DNA from: a bacterium
Lineage (GTDB): Bacteria; Actinomycetota; Acidimicrobiia; Acidimicrobiales; Bin134
Direction: 5' to 3'
Assembly (NCBI GenBank): GCA_026709025.1
Contig: JAPOTT010000011.1
Coordinates: forward strand, 128 to 64,127
DNA length: 64,000 bases
Shown here: piece after piece, positions 1 through 9,751 of the stretch
How the letters are laid out: each line of letters begins with the position of its first letter
How positions within the stretch are numbered: the stretch's first letter is position 1
Made by a program: the position numbers and the translations under genes
The notes under the pieces: generated by a model
What the model was told of the DNA's origin: nothing
Database searches by the model: none
What the model saw: the letters and a program-made list of their open reading frames with translations, nothing else

Positions 1-200
1 AAACCAGCTTGCGTGCTGAGATTGCCGCAGTCGAAACTAGTTTGCGTGCTGAGATGCAGGCTGGGTTCGCTGAGATTAACGCTGTGCTGCTCGATCACAA
101 TGCTGTGCTGCTTGACCACACAGACCGGCTCGCCCGCATTGAAACTGCCCTCGGCTTGCCGCGCCCCGTTGCGACCAACTCAACCCTCACCAACCCCTAA
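1..200 (+). CDS. Small coiled-coil protein, 5'-truncated by the window edge; same family as the genes at 55819, 56255, 60915 and 61476
   Basis: Frame is open from base 3. It encodes 11-aa repeats (TSLRAEIAAVE/TSLRAEMQAGF), a 7-aa repeat (NAVLLDH x2), HTDRLARIETAL and a Pro/Thr tail. Confidence 0.75.
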   Translation, partial: TSLRAEIAAVETSLRAEMQAGFAEINAVLLDHNAVLLDHTDRLARIETALGLPRPVATNSTLTNP

Positions 201-251
201 CCCACGTTCGTTTGGGGTTTCGTTATTTTGGGGAGAGTTTGGTTAGAGGGC

Positions 252-3200
252 TCAGGTGGGGAGGCCATCTAGAAAGGTTAGGGTGTTATTGGGTGTGGCA
301 GGGATGCGTGGGCCGTCAAATATAACCCCCGTAAGGTTCAACGGGTCGCAAGCAGCGATGGTGATCTGCTGGTTGATGCGGGGGGTGCGCTGTGTTTTTT
401 GGAGTTCATCAGCAGCTGCGGGCAGCGCGAACTGCTCGCCGCTTTGGCCCGTTACAAAACGACCTCCTCGCACGATGCCTCGATCTTCAAAGCGGCGTAG
501 TGCTTTGAGGATGTCCCGCCATGGAACGGCTGTAGGATGCGCCGGATGGTAGGCGAGGCTGTGAAAAACCACACCCCAGCATGCCAACATTTGTTGAGCT
601 AGGGCTTCTGCTAGGTCGTCTTTGGGTAGATCTTCAGGATGTGCCACCAGCGACCAGCGCCCCGGAGCGGCTTGGTGGGTATGCCGATTTGTGGTGCTAC
701 CTTGTTGGAGATGACCGGGCCGTTTGCTAGCGAGCCTAGGTTGGTAGCCAGAGCGCCGTGTGCCAGAGCGTTGCTTATGGCGGTGTCGGGATCTGTTGCG
801 TGTACCAAGCAGCGCTCGTATGGCAGCAAACCCATCGGCGGTGAACAGACCTAGGGCCACGCCGTTCCAAAGAGCTCGTTCTATATCGTCGGGCAGCCGC
901 TGCGTGTTGGCAGCAAGGTCGTGCATGAAGCTAGCGCCATGTTGTTTAAGGATGCCGGCTATTTCTGAGATGGGGCCAACATCTGGTGGTTCTGTAGGGG
1001 CGGTTCTTGCGGCAGCTAATAGCCATTGCAGATCTTCACGAAACACCAAGCTGATTGGCGTGGCTCGCCGTGGAGTTAAAGCGTTACTTCTAGAGGTTGT
1101 TGCTGGCACTTTGAGGCGCAGCCAGGTTAGCTCTCCTCGGTAGCAGAGTTCGTCTAGCCATAGGGGTTGGTAATCCTCAACGCGTTCAGCGAGTATCTGT
1201 TGTTCCCAAGCGGTAGCTGGGAGATCTAATCCCTGGAGCTGTTCAATGGCTTTAATCAACCCGGCTCTTCCCCGCAAAGTGGTTTCTGGAGTGCGGTGTT
1301 GCCAGCGGAGCAAAAAGCGCATGAAATCTTGAACTGAAGCTGCTTTAACCGAGGCCCGTTTTTGGCGGCGGCTTAGGTATGCCATTCGAATAAGCAACCG
1401 TCGCGAGCACCAAAGCTCTGCTGTTTCTTCTGTAACATCACAGCCGTTGGCATCGTGGCGGCTGGCATCACAGCTGGTGGTGCTATTTTTGCTAACCCCG
1501 TTACCGCTGACGGCTAGGTTTGGGCACACCATGGCAGCACCTTCAGCTTCTAGCACTGCTAAGGCTTGATGTATTTCCGCAACGCTTATCCCTGCTGTTG
1601 TAGATAACTGTTGTGGGCTTATGGGCCCAGCAACGTCTAGGTGACCCCGAACCCTGGCTAGATTTTGGCTAGGGCTAAGCGCAGCAGCGCCTAGTTCCGC
1701 GGTGGCCCACACCACATCGCTGTTTGATGTGGCCCCATCTAAAGTTGTACCCGCGATAGATAGCGTGCAGACGCGATTACGAGATGCAAGGCTGTTGTAT
1801 AACTCCTGCCATTCTGGGCGAGGTGTGGTGCATACCAACAAGGTGAGCACGTCGTGCAGCTCATCGGGGTTACGAGGATTGGGTGTAGCTTCGGCAACTA
1901 CTTGGGCTATGGCATCAGCTGTTATTTGGGAGACGCTTGGGGCATCAACACCGATGGCGCTAGCACCAGAGCCAGAACCAGCAAAAGCCCCTTGTTGGGG
2001 TAGCCGTAAGCCGCGTGGGGTGGCTACCGCGTTGGTGCGGCGGTCGGCAATTTCGGCATCATCCAAAAAGGCATAGGGCTTAGCGTTGATCACCTCATGG
2101 CTAAAGGGTGATGGCTCGGCGGTGTCGCAAAAATGAGCCTTTATCTCGCCATCTCGGATGTTTTGCAATAGTTTTTTGAGCCCCGCTACATCTAGGGCTT
2201 CGTGGAGGGTGTCGTGCAGTGTTTGGCGAACTAGCAGATGATCGGGGATTTGGATGGGCCCAGCTAAGTTTTCTTGACAAGCTGCAGCCTGAGGGAACAC
2301 GGCTGCCATGATGTCGTTGGCTTCCATGCGCTGGATTGCAGGGGGCTTGCGCTTACCACCCCTGTTACGCAATACAACAAGGGCTCGATTTAGGTTCCAA
2401 CGCCAGCGGGCCAAAAACATGGGTGAATCTAAAACGGCTTGTTCGAGGACTTCCTCTAGTGAATCGGGATGCAGAAATTGCGGCACGTCGCTGAGGGGGA
2501 AGCTGTGATGCGGGCCTAGCGATAAAACGATGGCGTTGTCTGTGGCTGCTGCTTGCAACTCAAAATCAAAGCGTCTGCAAAAGCGTTTGCGTAGGGCCAA
2601 GCCGAAAGCTCGGTTGATGCGCCCTCCATAGGGGGAATGCACCACGAGTTGTTGCCCACCTGTTTCGTCAAAAAAGCGCTCAAACACGATGGTTTGATGG
2701 GTGGGAGTTGCACCAAGGGCTGAGCGCCCCGCGGCAATGTAGGCAACGGCTTGTTCAGCAGCTGCCTGAGATACGTTGTGCTGGCGGGCGAAGTTGCTAG
2801 CGGCGTTTTGCGGCAGGGTTTCTGGGTTGCTTGCGGTGTGGTTGTTAGCGCCAGAGGCGGTGTTATCGCTGGCCAAGTTGGGTTGGGTGCTGCTAGGTGT
2901 AGATGCAAACAACAGCTCGTCAAGCTCTGTGCGAATAGCCGACACTTGCTCTGAAAGCTCTGCGCTGCGAGCCGGTGCTTCACCTAGCCAAAAAGGTACG
3001 GTTGGTGCGATGTCGCCAGCATCGGTAACCCTGACGGTGCCTGCTGCTACCTGTTTGATCCGCCAAGAATGCGATCCCAGCAAGAAGATATCCCCAACCA
3101 TGGATTCCACTGCCCAGTCTTCGTTAACGGTGCCGATGAAGGTGTCATCGGGTTCTGCCAGCACTCGGTAGTCGGCGTTTTCGCCGATGGCACCTCCCGA

Positions 3201-4787
3201 GGTGATAGCAGCTAGGCGAGCTCCTCTTTTGCCTCGTACCTCATCGTTGATGGTGTCGTGGTGCAGGTGGGCACCACGGGGGCCTCTACCAGTGGTTACG
3301 CCTTTGCTGGCTTGTGTTATGGCTTGTTGAAATTGGGCCTTTGTTAGGGCTGCGTATGGCGCTGCGGATGTGTACATGTTGTAGAGGCCACTGGTGGTGT
3401 GCGTGTTGTCGGCCGCGGCCTCGGCTACGATCTGTTGCACCAATATATCCATTGGCGCAACAGGTGGGCGCACAGCATCTAGCTGGCCGTGGTGAACGGC
3501 TTGCAACAAGGCCAAGCACTCGATTAGCTCATCTCGGGTGAGCGGAAACAGCCTGCCCTTAGGAATGCCTCCGTGTGTGTGGTTAGAACGACCCACTCGT
3601 TGCAAGAAGGTGGCGATGCTGCGTGGCGATCCCACTTGACACACCAACTCCACAGGGCCTATATCTATGCCTAGCTCTAAAGAGGCGGTGGCTACTAGCG
3701 CTTTGAGTTCGCCAGCCCTGAGCCGTTGTTCGGTGTGGGCCCGTCGCTCAGTAGACAAAGACCCATGATGTGCCGCTACCACATCCGGGCCTAGCTTGTC
3801 GCCAAGTTGGTGCGCTAAGCGTTCCGCGAGCCTACGGGTGTTGACGAACACGATGGTGGTGTGGTGCTGACCAATCAGCATAGCCATGCGATCCAACATC
3901 TGTTCTGTTTGGGCTTGGGAGGCAACCGCTTCAAGTTCGTTGTCGATTAGTTCTATATCTACATCTAGGGTGCGCTTATGGCCTGTGTTGATGATGGTGC
4001 AACTGTTGGCGTTGCCGGTGAGCAGGTTGGCGATGGTTTCGATGGGGTGCTGGGTTGCAGACAGGCCGATTCGTGTAGGGCGTTTGTTAGCTACATGTTC
4101 TAGTCGCTCTAAGCTGAGGGCTAGGTGGCTACCCCGCTTATCTCTTGCGGTTGCGTGGATTTCATCCACAATTACGGTTTCAACAGTGCGAAGGTTTTCG
4201 CGGCTTTTGGCAGATGTCAAGAGCAGGTAAAGCGATTCTGGGGTAGTAATCACAAAGTTGGGAGGCCGTTTGAGCATGGCGGTTCGCTGCTGATGAGGGG
4301 TATCGCCGGTGCGGACAGCCACGGTTAGGTTGGGTGGTTCTATCCCCATGGCCGTAGCTACCTGTGCAATTTCAGCTAGCGGCCGTTGTAGGTTCTCTGC
4401 GATATCGGTGGCTAGTGCTTTTAGGGGTGACACATAAACAATCTGACTAGCGTTTGTTATGGATTCGCCTTTGGCATGGCGTTGGTAGAGGTTATCTATA
4501 GACATCAAAAACCCCGCTAGGGTTTTGCCCGCTCCAGTAGGTGCAGAGATGAGTGCGTCGCGTTTGAGGGCAATTACAGGCCAGCTTTGGGCTTGTGCCT
4601 CGGTAGGCCCGCCGGGGAAACGCTGTGCAAACCACGTAGCTATTGCAGGGTGAAACTTGTGGTTGTTGACGTGCAGCTTGGGGGTGCTAGCAGACTGGGC
4701 AGCACGGGTGGGTTGGACAGCGCGGGCGATAGACGCGCCAGATTGGGTTGTGCTGGAGGTAGAGCTGTTAGCTAGCGAAGAAGCCAC
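252..4787 (-). CDS. lhr: ATP-dependent helicase Lhr, full length with C-terminal domain
   Basis: 1511 aa; APTGAGKT, YVSPLKAL, TTPESL, DEIH, GLSAT, HHGSLS, ATASLELGIDIG, QRVGRS; C-terminal CYRGELTW and RGGRFV motifs typical of long Lhr proteins. Confidence 0.95.
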   Translation of the reverse strand: MASSLANSSTSSTTQSGASIARAVQPTRAAQSASTPKLHVNNHKFHPAIATWFAQRFPGGPTEAQAQSWPVIALKRDALISAPTGAGKTLAGFLMSIDNLYQRHAKGESITNASQIVYVSPLKALATDIAENLQRPLAEIAQVATAMGIEPPNLTVAVRTGDTPHQQRTAMLKRPPNFVITTPESLYLLLTSAKSRENLRTVETVIVDEIHATARDKRGSHLALSLERLEHVANKRPTRIGLSATQHPIETIANLLTGNANSCTIINTGHKRTLDVDIELIDNELEAVASQAQTEQMLDRMAMLIGQHHTTIVFVNTRRLAERLAHQLGDKLGPDVVAAHHGSLSTERRAHTEQRLRAGELKALVATASLELGIDIGPVELVCQVGSPRSIATFLQRVGRSNHTHGGIPKGRLFPLTRDELIECLALLQAVHHGQLDAVRPPVAPMDILVQQIVAEAAADNTHTTSGLYNMYTSAAPYAALTKAQFQQAITQASKGVTTGRGPRGAHLHHDTINDEVRGKRGARLAAITSGGAIGENADYRVLAEPDDTFIGTVNEDWAVESMVGDIFLLGSHSWRIKQVAAGTVRVTDAGDIAPTVPFWLGEAPARSAELSEQVSAIRTELDELLFASTPSSTQPNLASDNTASGANNHTASNPETLPQNAASNFARQHNVSQAAAEQAVAYIAAGRSALGATPTHQTIVFERFFDETGGQQLVVHSPYGGRINRAFGLALRKRFCRRFDFELQAAATDNAIVLSLGPHHSFPLSDVPQFLHPDSLEEVLEQAVLDSPMFLARWRWNLNRALVVLRNRGGKRKPPAIQRMEANDIMAAVFPQAAACQENLAGPIQIPDHLLVRQTLHDTLHEALDVAGLKKLLQNIRDGEIKAHFCDTAEPSPFSHEVINAKPYAFLDDAEIADRRTNAVATPRGLRLPQQGAFAGSGSGASAIGVDAPSVSQITADAIAQVVAEATPNPRNPDELHDVLTLLVCTTPRPEWQELYNSLASRNRVCTLSIAGTTLDGATSNSDVVWATAELGAAALSPSQNLARVRGHLDVAGPISPQQLSTTAGISVAEIHQALAVLEAEGAAMVCPNLAVSGNGVSKNSTTSCDASRHDANGCDVTEETAELWCSRRLLIRMAYLSRRQKRASVKAASVQDFMRFLLRWQHRTPETTLRGRAGLIKAIEQLQGLDLPATAWEQQILAERVEDYQPLWLDELCYRGELTWLRLKVPATTSRSNALTPRRATPISLVFREDLQWLLAAARTAPTEPPDVGPISEIAGILKQHGASFMHDLAANTQRLPDDIERALWNGVALGLFTADGFAAIRALLGTRNRSRHRHKQRSGTRRSGYQPRLASKRPGHLQQGSTTNRHTHQAAPGRWSLVAHPEDLPKDDLAEALAQQMLACWGVVFHSLAYHPAHPTAVPWRDILKALRRFEDRGIVRGGRFVTGQSGEQFALPAAADELQKTQRTPRINQQITIAACDPLNLTGVIFDGPRIPATPNNTLTFLDGLPT

Positions 4788-4877
4788 AAGCTCACATTAG
4801 CTACCTCGTGTGACATAATCGCTAAATCTAAGACAGCCTCCAGCGGTTAAAGTGTTTGGTGGCGGAGAGGTAGAGCT

Positions 4878-5438
4878 ATGTGGGACGGGCGTATGTCTGG
4901 GCGGGATTATGATGCGCGATGGGAACAGCTAGCTGCTCAAGGCAAGAATCCTCACGGTGAGGCTGATTTTGTGGATTCGTTGCTAGGTGGTGCTGGTCGG
5001 GTGTTGGATGCTGGGTGTGGAACGGGTCGAGTAGCGGTGGAGTTAGCTAGGCGTGGTTACGGCGTGGTCGGGGTGGATGTTGACAGCGTGATGATTGCAC
5101 AAGCTCAGACAAAGGCACCAGAGTTGGCATGGCATCAGCTAGACCTAGCTTCGTTGCACCTAGACGATACCTTTGATGCCGTGGTGATGGCTGGCAACGT
5201 GTTGTTGTTTGCTCAACCTGCTACAGAGGCAGCAATAGTGTCGTGTTGCGCTGCTCATTTGGTTTCCAACGGGGTGCTCATTGCTGGCTTTCAACTTCGC
5301 GTTGGCGGGTACGATCTTGCCCAGTACGACAGTCACTGTACAGCGGCTGGCTTGACCCTTGTTGAACGCTATAGCACTTGGGAGCGCCATTTGTTTGAGA
5401 CTGAAAACTATGCCGTGTCGGTTCATCGATTTGAGTAA
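4878..5438 (+). CDS. Class I SAM-dependent methyltransferase
   Basis: VLDAGCGTGR motif I, VVGVDVD, FDAVVMAGNV. Confidence 0.9.
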   Translation: MWDGRMSGRDYDARWEQLAAQGKNPHGEADFVDSLLGGAGRVLDAGCGTGRVAVELARRGYGVVGVDVDSVMIAQAQTKAPELAWHQLDLASLHLDDTFDAVVMAGNVLLFAQPATEAAIVSCCAAHLVSNGVLIAGFQLRVGGYDLAQYDSHCTAAGLTLVERYSTWERHLFETENYAVSVHRFE

Positions 5439-5582
5439 GTTGCTACGGTGTTCTTCGTCAGTGCCCTTGGTTAGTGCTCTTCATCAGAAAAATTATGCTT
5501 AGATATTCTCAAATCTAGGTGGGCCGAATATGGTTGACGGTGTGACGGGTTTGCAGGTTCACGGCCAGCGGGGTGGTTTGGA

Positions 5583-5891
5583 GTGCTAGGCGGGCCAGAG
5601 ATAATCACCTTTTTGTTGTTGGCTCTGGGTGGCGCGCTAGCGGTGGGCAACATAGCCGCGTTGATGAACCCCGATGGCCCGGGGGCTAAGGCAACGCCAC
5701 CGCCACCAGCGTCGCCACCGCCACCAGCGTCATCGGATAATGTGACACCACCGGTGCAAACACCGGTACCAACACCACCCGATAAGCCATCTAGTCGCAG
5801 GTTGCGGGCTGGGGCAGGGCGTAGTTTGGTTATGGTGGCAGTGGGTTTGGTGATAGTGGTTTGGGCTATCGCCAGCCTTATTGGAGGATAA
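5583..5891 (+). CDS. Small two-TM membrane protein with a Pro-rich loop
   Basis: Two hydrophobic stretches flank a PPPPAS loop encoded by an 18-bp tandem duplication (5695-5730). Confidence 0.65.
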   Translation: MLGGPEIITFLLLALGGALAVGNIAALMNPDGPGAKATPPPPASPPPPASSDNVTPPVQTPVPTPPDKPSSRRLRAGAGRSLVMVAVGLVIVVWAIASLIGG

Positions 5892-5965
5892 TCCTGGCGT
5901 AGCTGCACATTTGCAGTGAGGGGTTTAGGTATGAGTGGTGCTGCGCCATGTAATGTGCGGTGTAG

Positions 5966-6727
5966 ATGTCGCTGTTAGAAGTTGCAGGGATGACGGTACG
6001 GTTTGGGGGGGTAACCGCCCTTAGCAACCTGTCTTTTGCTGTGGAGGAAAACAGCATCTGCGGGTTGATCGGCCCTAACGGTGCTGGAAAGACCACCTTG
6101 TTTAATGTGGTTAGCAGGGTGTACAACGCTCAGGCTGGTTCGGCCACATTTGACGGAACCGACCTGCTGCAAAAGCCGGCGCACTCCATTTGTGGTTTGG
6201 GTATTGGACGCACCTTTCAGAACTTGGCTTTGTGGCCTGGCATGACCGTTTTGCAAAACGTAATGGTGGGTGGCCATCATCGCTCTCGTATTGGAGCTTT
6301 GCGAGCTGCCTTGCGCTGGGGATCGGCTCGCGAAGAGGCCGAACTACAAAGCGCAGCATGGCAAGCCTTAGAAGAGCTATCGCTTACCGATGTGGCTTTC
6401 CAACGGGCTGTGGGACTTCCTTTTGGCACACTAAAGCGGGTGGAGTTAGCTAGGGCTTTGGTGTGTCAACCACGGCTTTTGTTGTTAGATGAGCCTGCAA
6501 CCGGGCTCACTCAAACAGAGGTAGCTGAGCTGGCCGATTTGCTAACTGGTTTGGCCGATCAGCACCGCCTCACGCTTTTGTTGGTGGAACACCACATGGG
6601 GATGGTGATGGGGATGTCTGACAAGGTGGTGGTTTTGGATTTCGGGGCCAAGATTGCCGAGGGTGCGCCAGCAGAGGTGCAAAGCGATCCTGTTGTGGTT
6701 GAGGCTTATTTGGGGCAACAACCATGA
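5966..6727 (+). CDS. livG: HAAT (branched-chain amino acid-type) ABC transporter ATPase, LivG-like
   Basis: GPNGAGKTT, RTFQN, LLLLDEPA, LLVEHHM, C-terminal VVEAYLG. Confidence 0.92.
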   Translation: MSLLEVAGMTVRFGGVTALSNLSFAVEENSICGLIGPNGAGKTTLFNVVSRVYNAQAGSATFDGTDLLQKPAHSICGLGIGRTFQNLALWPGMTVLQNVMVGGHHRSRIGALRAALRWGSAREEAELQSAAWQALEELSLTDVAFQRAVGLPFGTLKRVELARALVCQPRLLLLDEPATGLTQTEVAELADLLTGLADQHRLTLLLVEHHMGMVMGMSDKVVVLDFGAKIAEGAPAEVQSDPVVVEAYLGQQP

Positions 6728-7488
6728 GCCCACCTAGCGCAGCAACAACAAGCACCCCTACCGCAAGAGAGCATGCTGCATGCGAGTATCTACAGGTGAG
6801 AGGACTTAAGGCGGCGTATGGCAACTTTGAGGTTCTTCACGGCATTGATTTCACGGTAGCTAAGGGCCAGATTGCGGTGATATTGGGAGCAAATGGGGCA
6901 GGTAAAACCACAACCCTGCGGGCGCTCACCGGCATGGTTGTTACTAGGGGCTCTGTGAAGCTTGCTGGCGAAGAGCTAGTTGGGAAAAGCACTGCCGATA
7001 TCGTGCGTTGTGGGGTTGCCCATGTGCCACAAGGCCGCGGCACCTTTGGGGATATGTCGGTTGAAGAGAACCTTTTGGCGGGAGCGTTTGCTCGCAAAGA
7101 TGCCGAGGTGCGTGCTGATATTGCCAAGTGGTACCAAACCTTCGGCGTGTTAGGCGAACGGCGTAACCAACTAGCGGGCAGCCTTAGCGGAGGCGAACAG
7201 CAGATGCTAGCCATCGCTAGGGCTTTGATGTTGCGCCCCGCGTTGTTGCTTTTGGATGAGCCTTCTTTAGGGCTTGCCCCTATGGTTACACGGCTCTTGT
7301 TTGAGCAGTTAGCGGCTGTTAACGCTACGGCGGGCACCACCATGTTGGTGGTAGAACAAAACGCTAGCTTGGCTCTCGATGTGGCAAGCCAAGCCTATGT
7401 ATTAGAGGCCGGTGAGGTGGCACTAGCTGGCTCTGCAGACGAACTTGGGGCCGACGAAGGCGTGCGCCGCGCTTATTTGGGTTATTGA
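6724..7488 (+). CDS. livF: HAAT ABC transporter ATPase, LivF-like
   Basis: GANGAGKTT, LSGGEQQM, LLLDEPSLGLAP, VVEQN; 4-nt overlap with the upstream gene. Confidence 0.92.
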   Translation: MSPPSAATTSTPTAREHAACEYLQVRGLKAAYGNFEVLHGIDFTVAKGQIAVILGANGAGKTTTLRALTGMVVTRGSVKLAGEELVGKSTADIVRCGVAHVPQGRGTFGDMSVEENLLAGAFARKDAEVRADIAKWYQTFGVLGERRNQLAGSLSGGEQQMLAIARALMLRPALLLLDEPSLGLAPMVTRLLFEQLAAVNATAGTTMLVVEQNASLALDVASQAYVLEAGEVALAGSADELGADEGVRRAYLGY

Positions 7489-7501
7489 GGGTTATTGAGC
7501 C

Positions 7502-8449
7502 ATGTTTTTGGAAGTTTCAGTTGGCATCATTGGCACCTTTAACATCTCTTTAGACAAGCTCTCTAACGGCGAGCTTTGGTTGGCGCAATTCTTTAGAGGG
7601 CTAAGCGATGGGGCTACTTACGCCTCGTTGGCTTTGGCCTTGGTAATGATCTACAAGTCCACTGGCTTTATCAACTTTGCCCAGGGTTCTTTAGCGCTGC
7701 TTGGGGTTTATCTGGCCTATGTTTTTAGCGTAGAGCAGGGTCTGCCTGTGGCGTTGGCGGTGGTTTGCGCGATGGCTGCTAGCGCGTTGGTGGCTTTAGG
7801 AATTGAACGTATCTTCATTCGTCCGTTTCCTCCTAACCGTGTGTTGCCATTAGTGATCGTCACCTTAGGTTTGTTGTTGATTATTGACTCTTCTGTGGGC
7901 ATTGTGTGGCAGTTTCGTACCCGTAATCTGCCTAGCATGTTCCCAGACGGTGCGCCCATTGAATGGGGTATAGCGCAGCTCACCTGGCGTACCATCGGCA
8001 ACCTCGGCACGGTTTTTTTGGTGGTTGGCTTGTTGTACTTATTGCTATCACGCACCAAGATTGGTTTGGCTTTTCGGGCAGTTTCTTCAAACCTGGAATC
8101 GGCTCAGCTAGTGGGTATTAGGGTTGGCCCTACTTTGGGTTTTGGCTGGGCGTTAGCTGCTGCTATAGGCACGTTGGGGGGTTCTTTGGTGGTGCCCGAC
8201 CTGCTGTTAGAACCCTCGGTAATGTTGCGGGTGCTCATCTTTTCTTTGGCCGCAGCTGCTTTGGGTGGGTTGGATTCTATGGTAGGTGCGGTGTTAGGCG
8301 GGTTGGTGGTTGGTTTGGCGCGCAACCTGTTGGTGACCTTTTTAGATCTAAGTGAATTGGCTTTGGCCACCGCAGTGGCCGTGATCTTGGTGGTGTTGTT
8401 GGTACGCCCCACAGGGTTGTTAGGTTCTACTCACCTAGAGCGGGTGTGA
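7502..8449 (+). CDS. livH: HAAT ABC transporter permease, LivH-like
   Basis: YASLALALVMIY, INFAQG, GLAFRAVSSNLESAQLVGI, LGGLDS; multiple TM helices. Confidence 0.9.
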   Translation: MFLEVSVGIIGTFNISLDKLSNGELWLAQFFRGLSDGATYASLALALVMIYKSTGFINFAQGSLALLGVYLAYVFSVEQGLPVALAVVCAMAASALVALGIERIFIRPFPPNRVLPLVIVTLGLLLIIDSSVGIVWQFRTRNLPSMFPDGAPIEWGIAQLTWRTIGNLGTVFLVVGLLYLLLSRTKIGLAFRAVSSNLESAQLVGIRVGPTLGFGWALAAAIGTLGGSLVVPDLLLEPSVMLRVLIFSLAAAALGGLDSMVGAVLGGLVVGLARNLLVTFLDLSELALATAVAVILVVLLVRPTGLLGSTHLERV

Positions 8450-9597
8450 TGGCACTAGCGCCTGTGGTAGCCAACGGTGTTCAACACCGCCGCCGCCAGA
8501 TCATTGGTTGGGTGCTGTTTGGGTTGTTGGTGGCGCTGATCCCGTTCCTTATTGCTGATACCTATAGCCCCACTATTTTTGGTAACCGTTACACGGTTGG
8601 TTTGGGCAACCTTAGCCACGCCATAGCCTTGATGGTAGCCATTTTGGGTCTCAACATTGCTACTGGTTATAGCGGGCAGCTTTCTTTGGGGCACAGCTTT
8701 TTTGTGGGTTCGGGAGCGTACTTAACTGCTGTGCTGGTGAACGACTTTCACTGGTCTTACTTCTCCACTTTGGTGGTGGTAGTGCCAGCGCTGTTTTTGT
8801 TTGGGGTTGTGTTTGGGCTGCCTGCGTTGCGTATTCAGGGCCTTTATTTGGGTTTGTTAACCTTTGCTGTGGGGGCGGTGTTCCCATCCATCGTTCGCTT
8901 AGAGGAGATAGCCGACCGTACTGGTGCTAGCAACGGTTTGTTGATCGATAGCGATTTAGTTGCACCCTCATGGGCACCCCTAGACACTCTAGCGCGTTGG
9001 TTGCATTCGGTTCCGGGGCTATCAGGGCGTGTACCAGATGGCTTGACATCTCGTCAATCAGAGGCGGTGTACAAGTATTTTTTGTTGATCATCGTGGCGC
9101 TGGGGTGCTTTTGGTTAGTGCGTAACATCTTGGCTGGTCGGGTGGGGCGGGCTTTGATGGCCGTGCGCGATAACCCACTAGGTGCGGCAGCTAACGGCAT
9201 TAATCTACCTGCCTACAAAACCTTGAGCTTTGGGCTCAGCGCGGCGGTGGGAGGGGTTGCAGGAACAATGTATGCCATGCAATCCGGGTTTTTGGGGCCT
9301 GATGAGTTTGGCTTCAACCTAGCAATCTTGTTGATAGTAGGGATGATTGTGGGAGGCTCAGCCACCCTGCATGGTGCTGTTGCGGGAGGGCTAGTAATTC
9401 AGTTTGTGCCACACTGGGCTAGCCAAACTCAAACCGTGCCCGGCACCGACATAGCTCTGCAAGGACCTTATGGTGGAGTGATTTTGGGTGCGTTGTTGGT
9501 GGCTATCGTTTTTGCCTTGCCGGGTGGTGCAGCTACTGGTTTTGGCAGGATCAAAGCGCGTCTTATGCCTGTGGTACACCAACCACCGCACCGTTAG
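8446..9597 (+). CDS. livM: HAAT ABC transporter permease, LivM-like
   Basis: GLNIATGYSGQLSLGH, GRALMAVRDNP, IVGG; multiple TM helices. Confidence 0.9.
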   Translation: MMALAPVVANGVQHRRRQIIGWVLFGLLVALIPFLIADTYSPTIFGNRYTVGLGNLSHAIALMVAILGLNIATGYSGQLSLGHSFFVGSGAYLTAVLVNDFHWSYFSTLVVVVPALFLFGVVFGLPALRIQGLYLGLLTFAVGAVFPSIVRLEEIADRTGASNGLLIDSDLVAPSWAPLDTLARWLHSVPGLSGRVPDGLTSRQSEAVYKYFLLIIVALGCFWLVRNILAGRVGRALMAVRDNPLGAAANGINLPAYKTLSFGLSAAVGGVAGTMYAMQSGFLGPDEFGFNLAILLIVGMIVGGSATLHGAVAGGLVIQFVPHWASQTQTVPGTDIALQGPYGGVILGALLVAIVFALPGGAATGFGRIKARLMPVVHQPPHR

Positions 9598-9751
9598 ATG
9601 TGTTTTGGTAGGTGATCTGAGAAAGCTAGGTGCTCATCACACGGTGGGGGCTTGGGTTGCAAAGTTGGCTCAGGGTGAAATTGTCGCTGCGATAGCGTAG
9701 AGTAGGTTGGCCTCGTCAAATGGCGCGGCAGCCTTAAGAGGGGAAGTGCCC

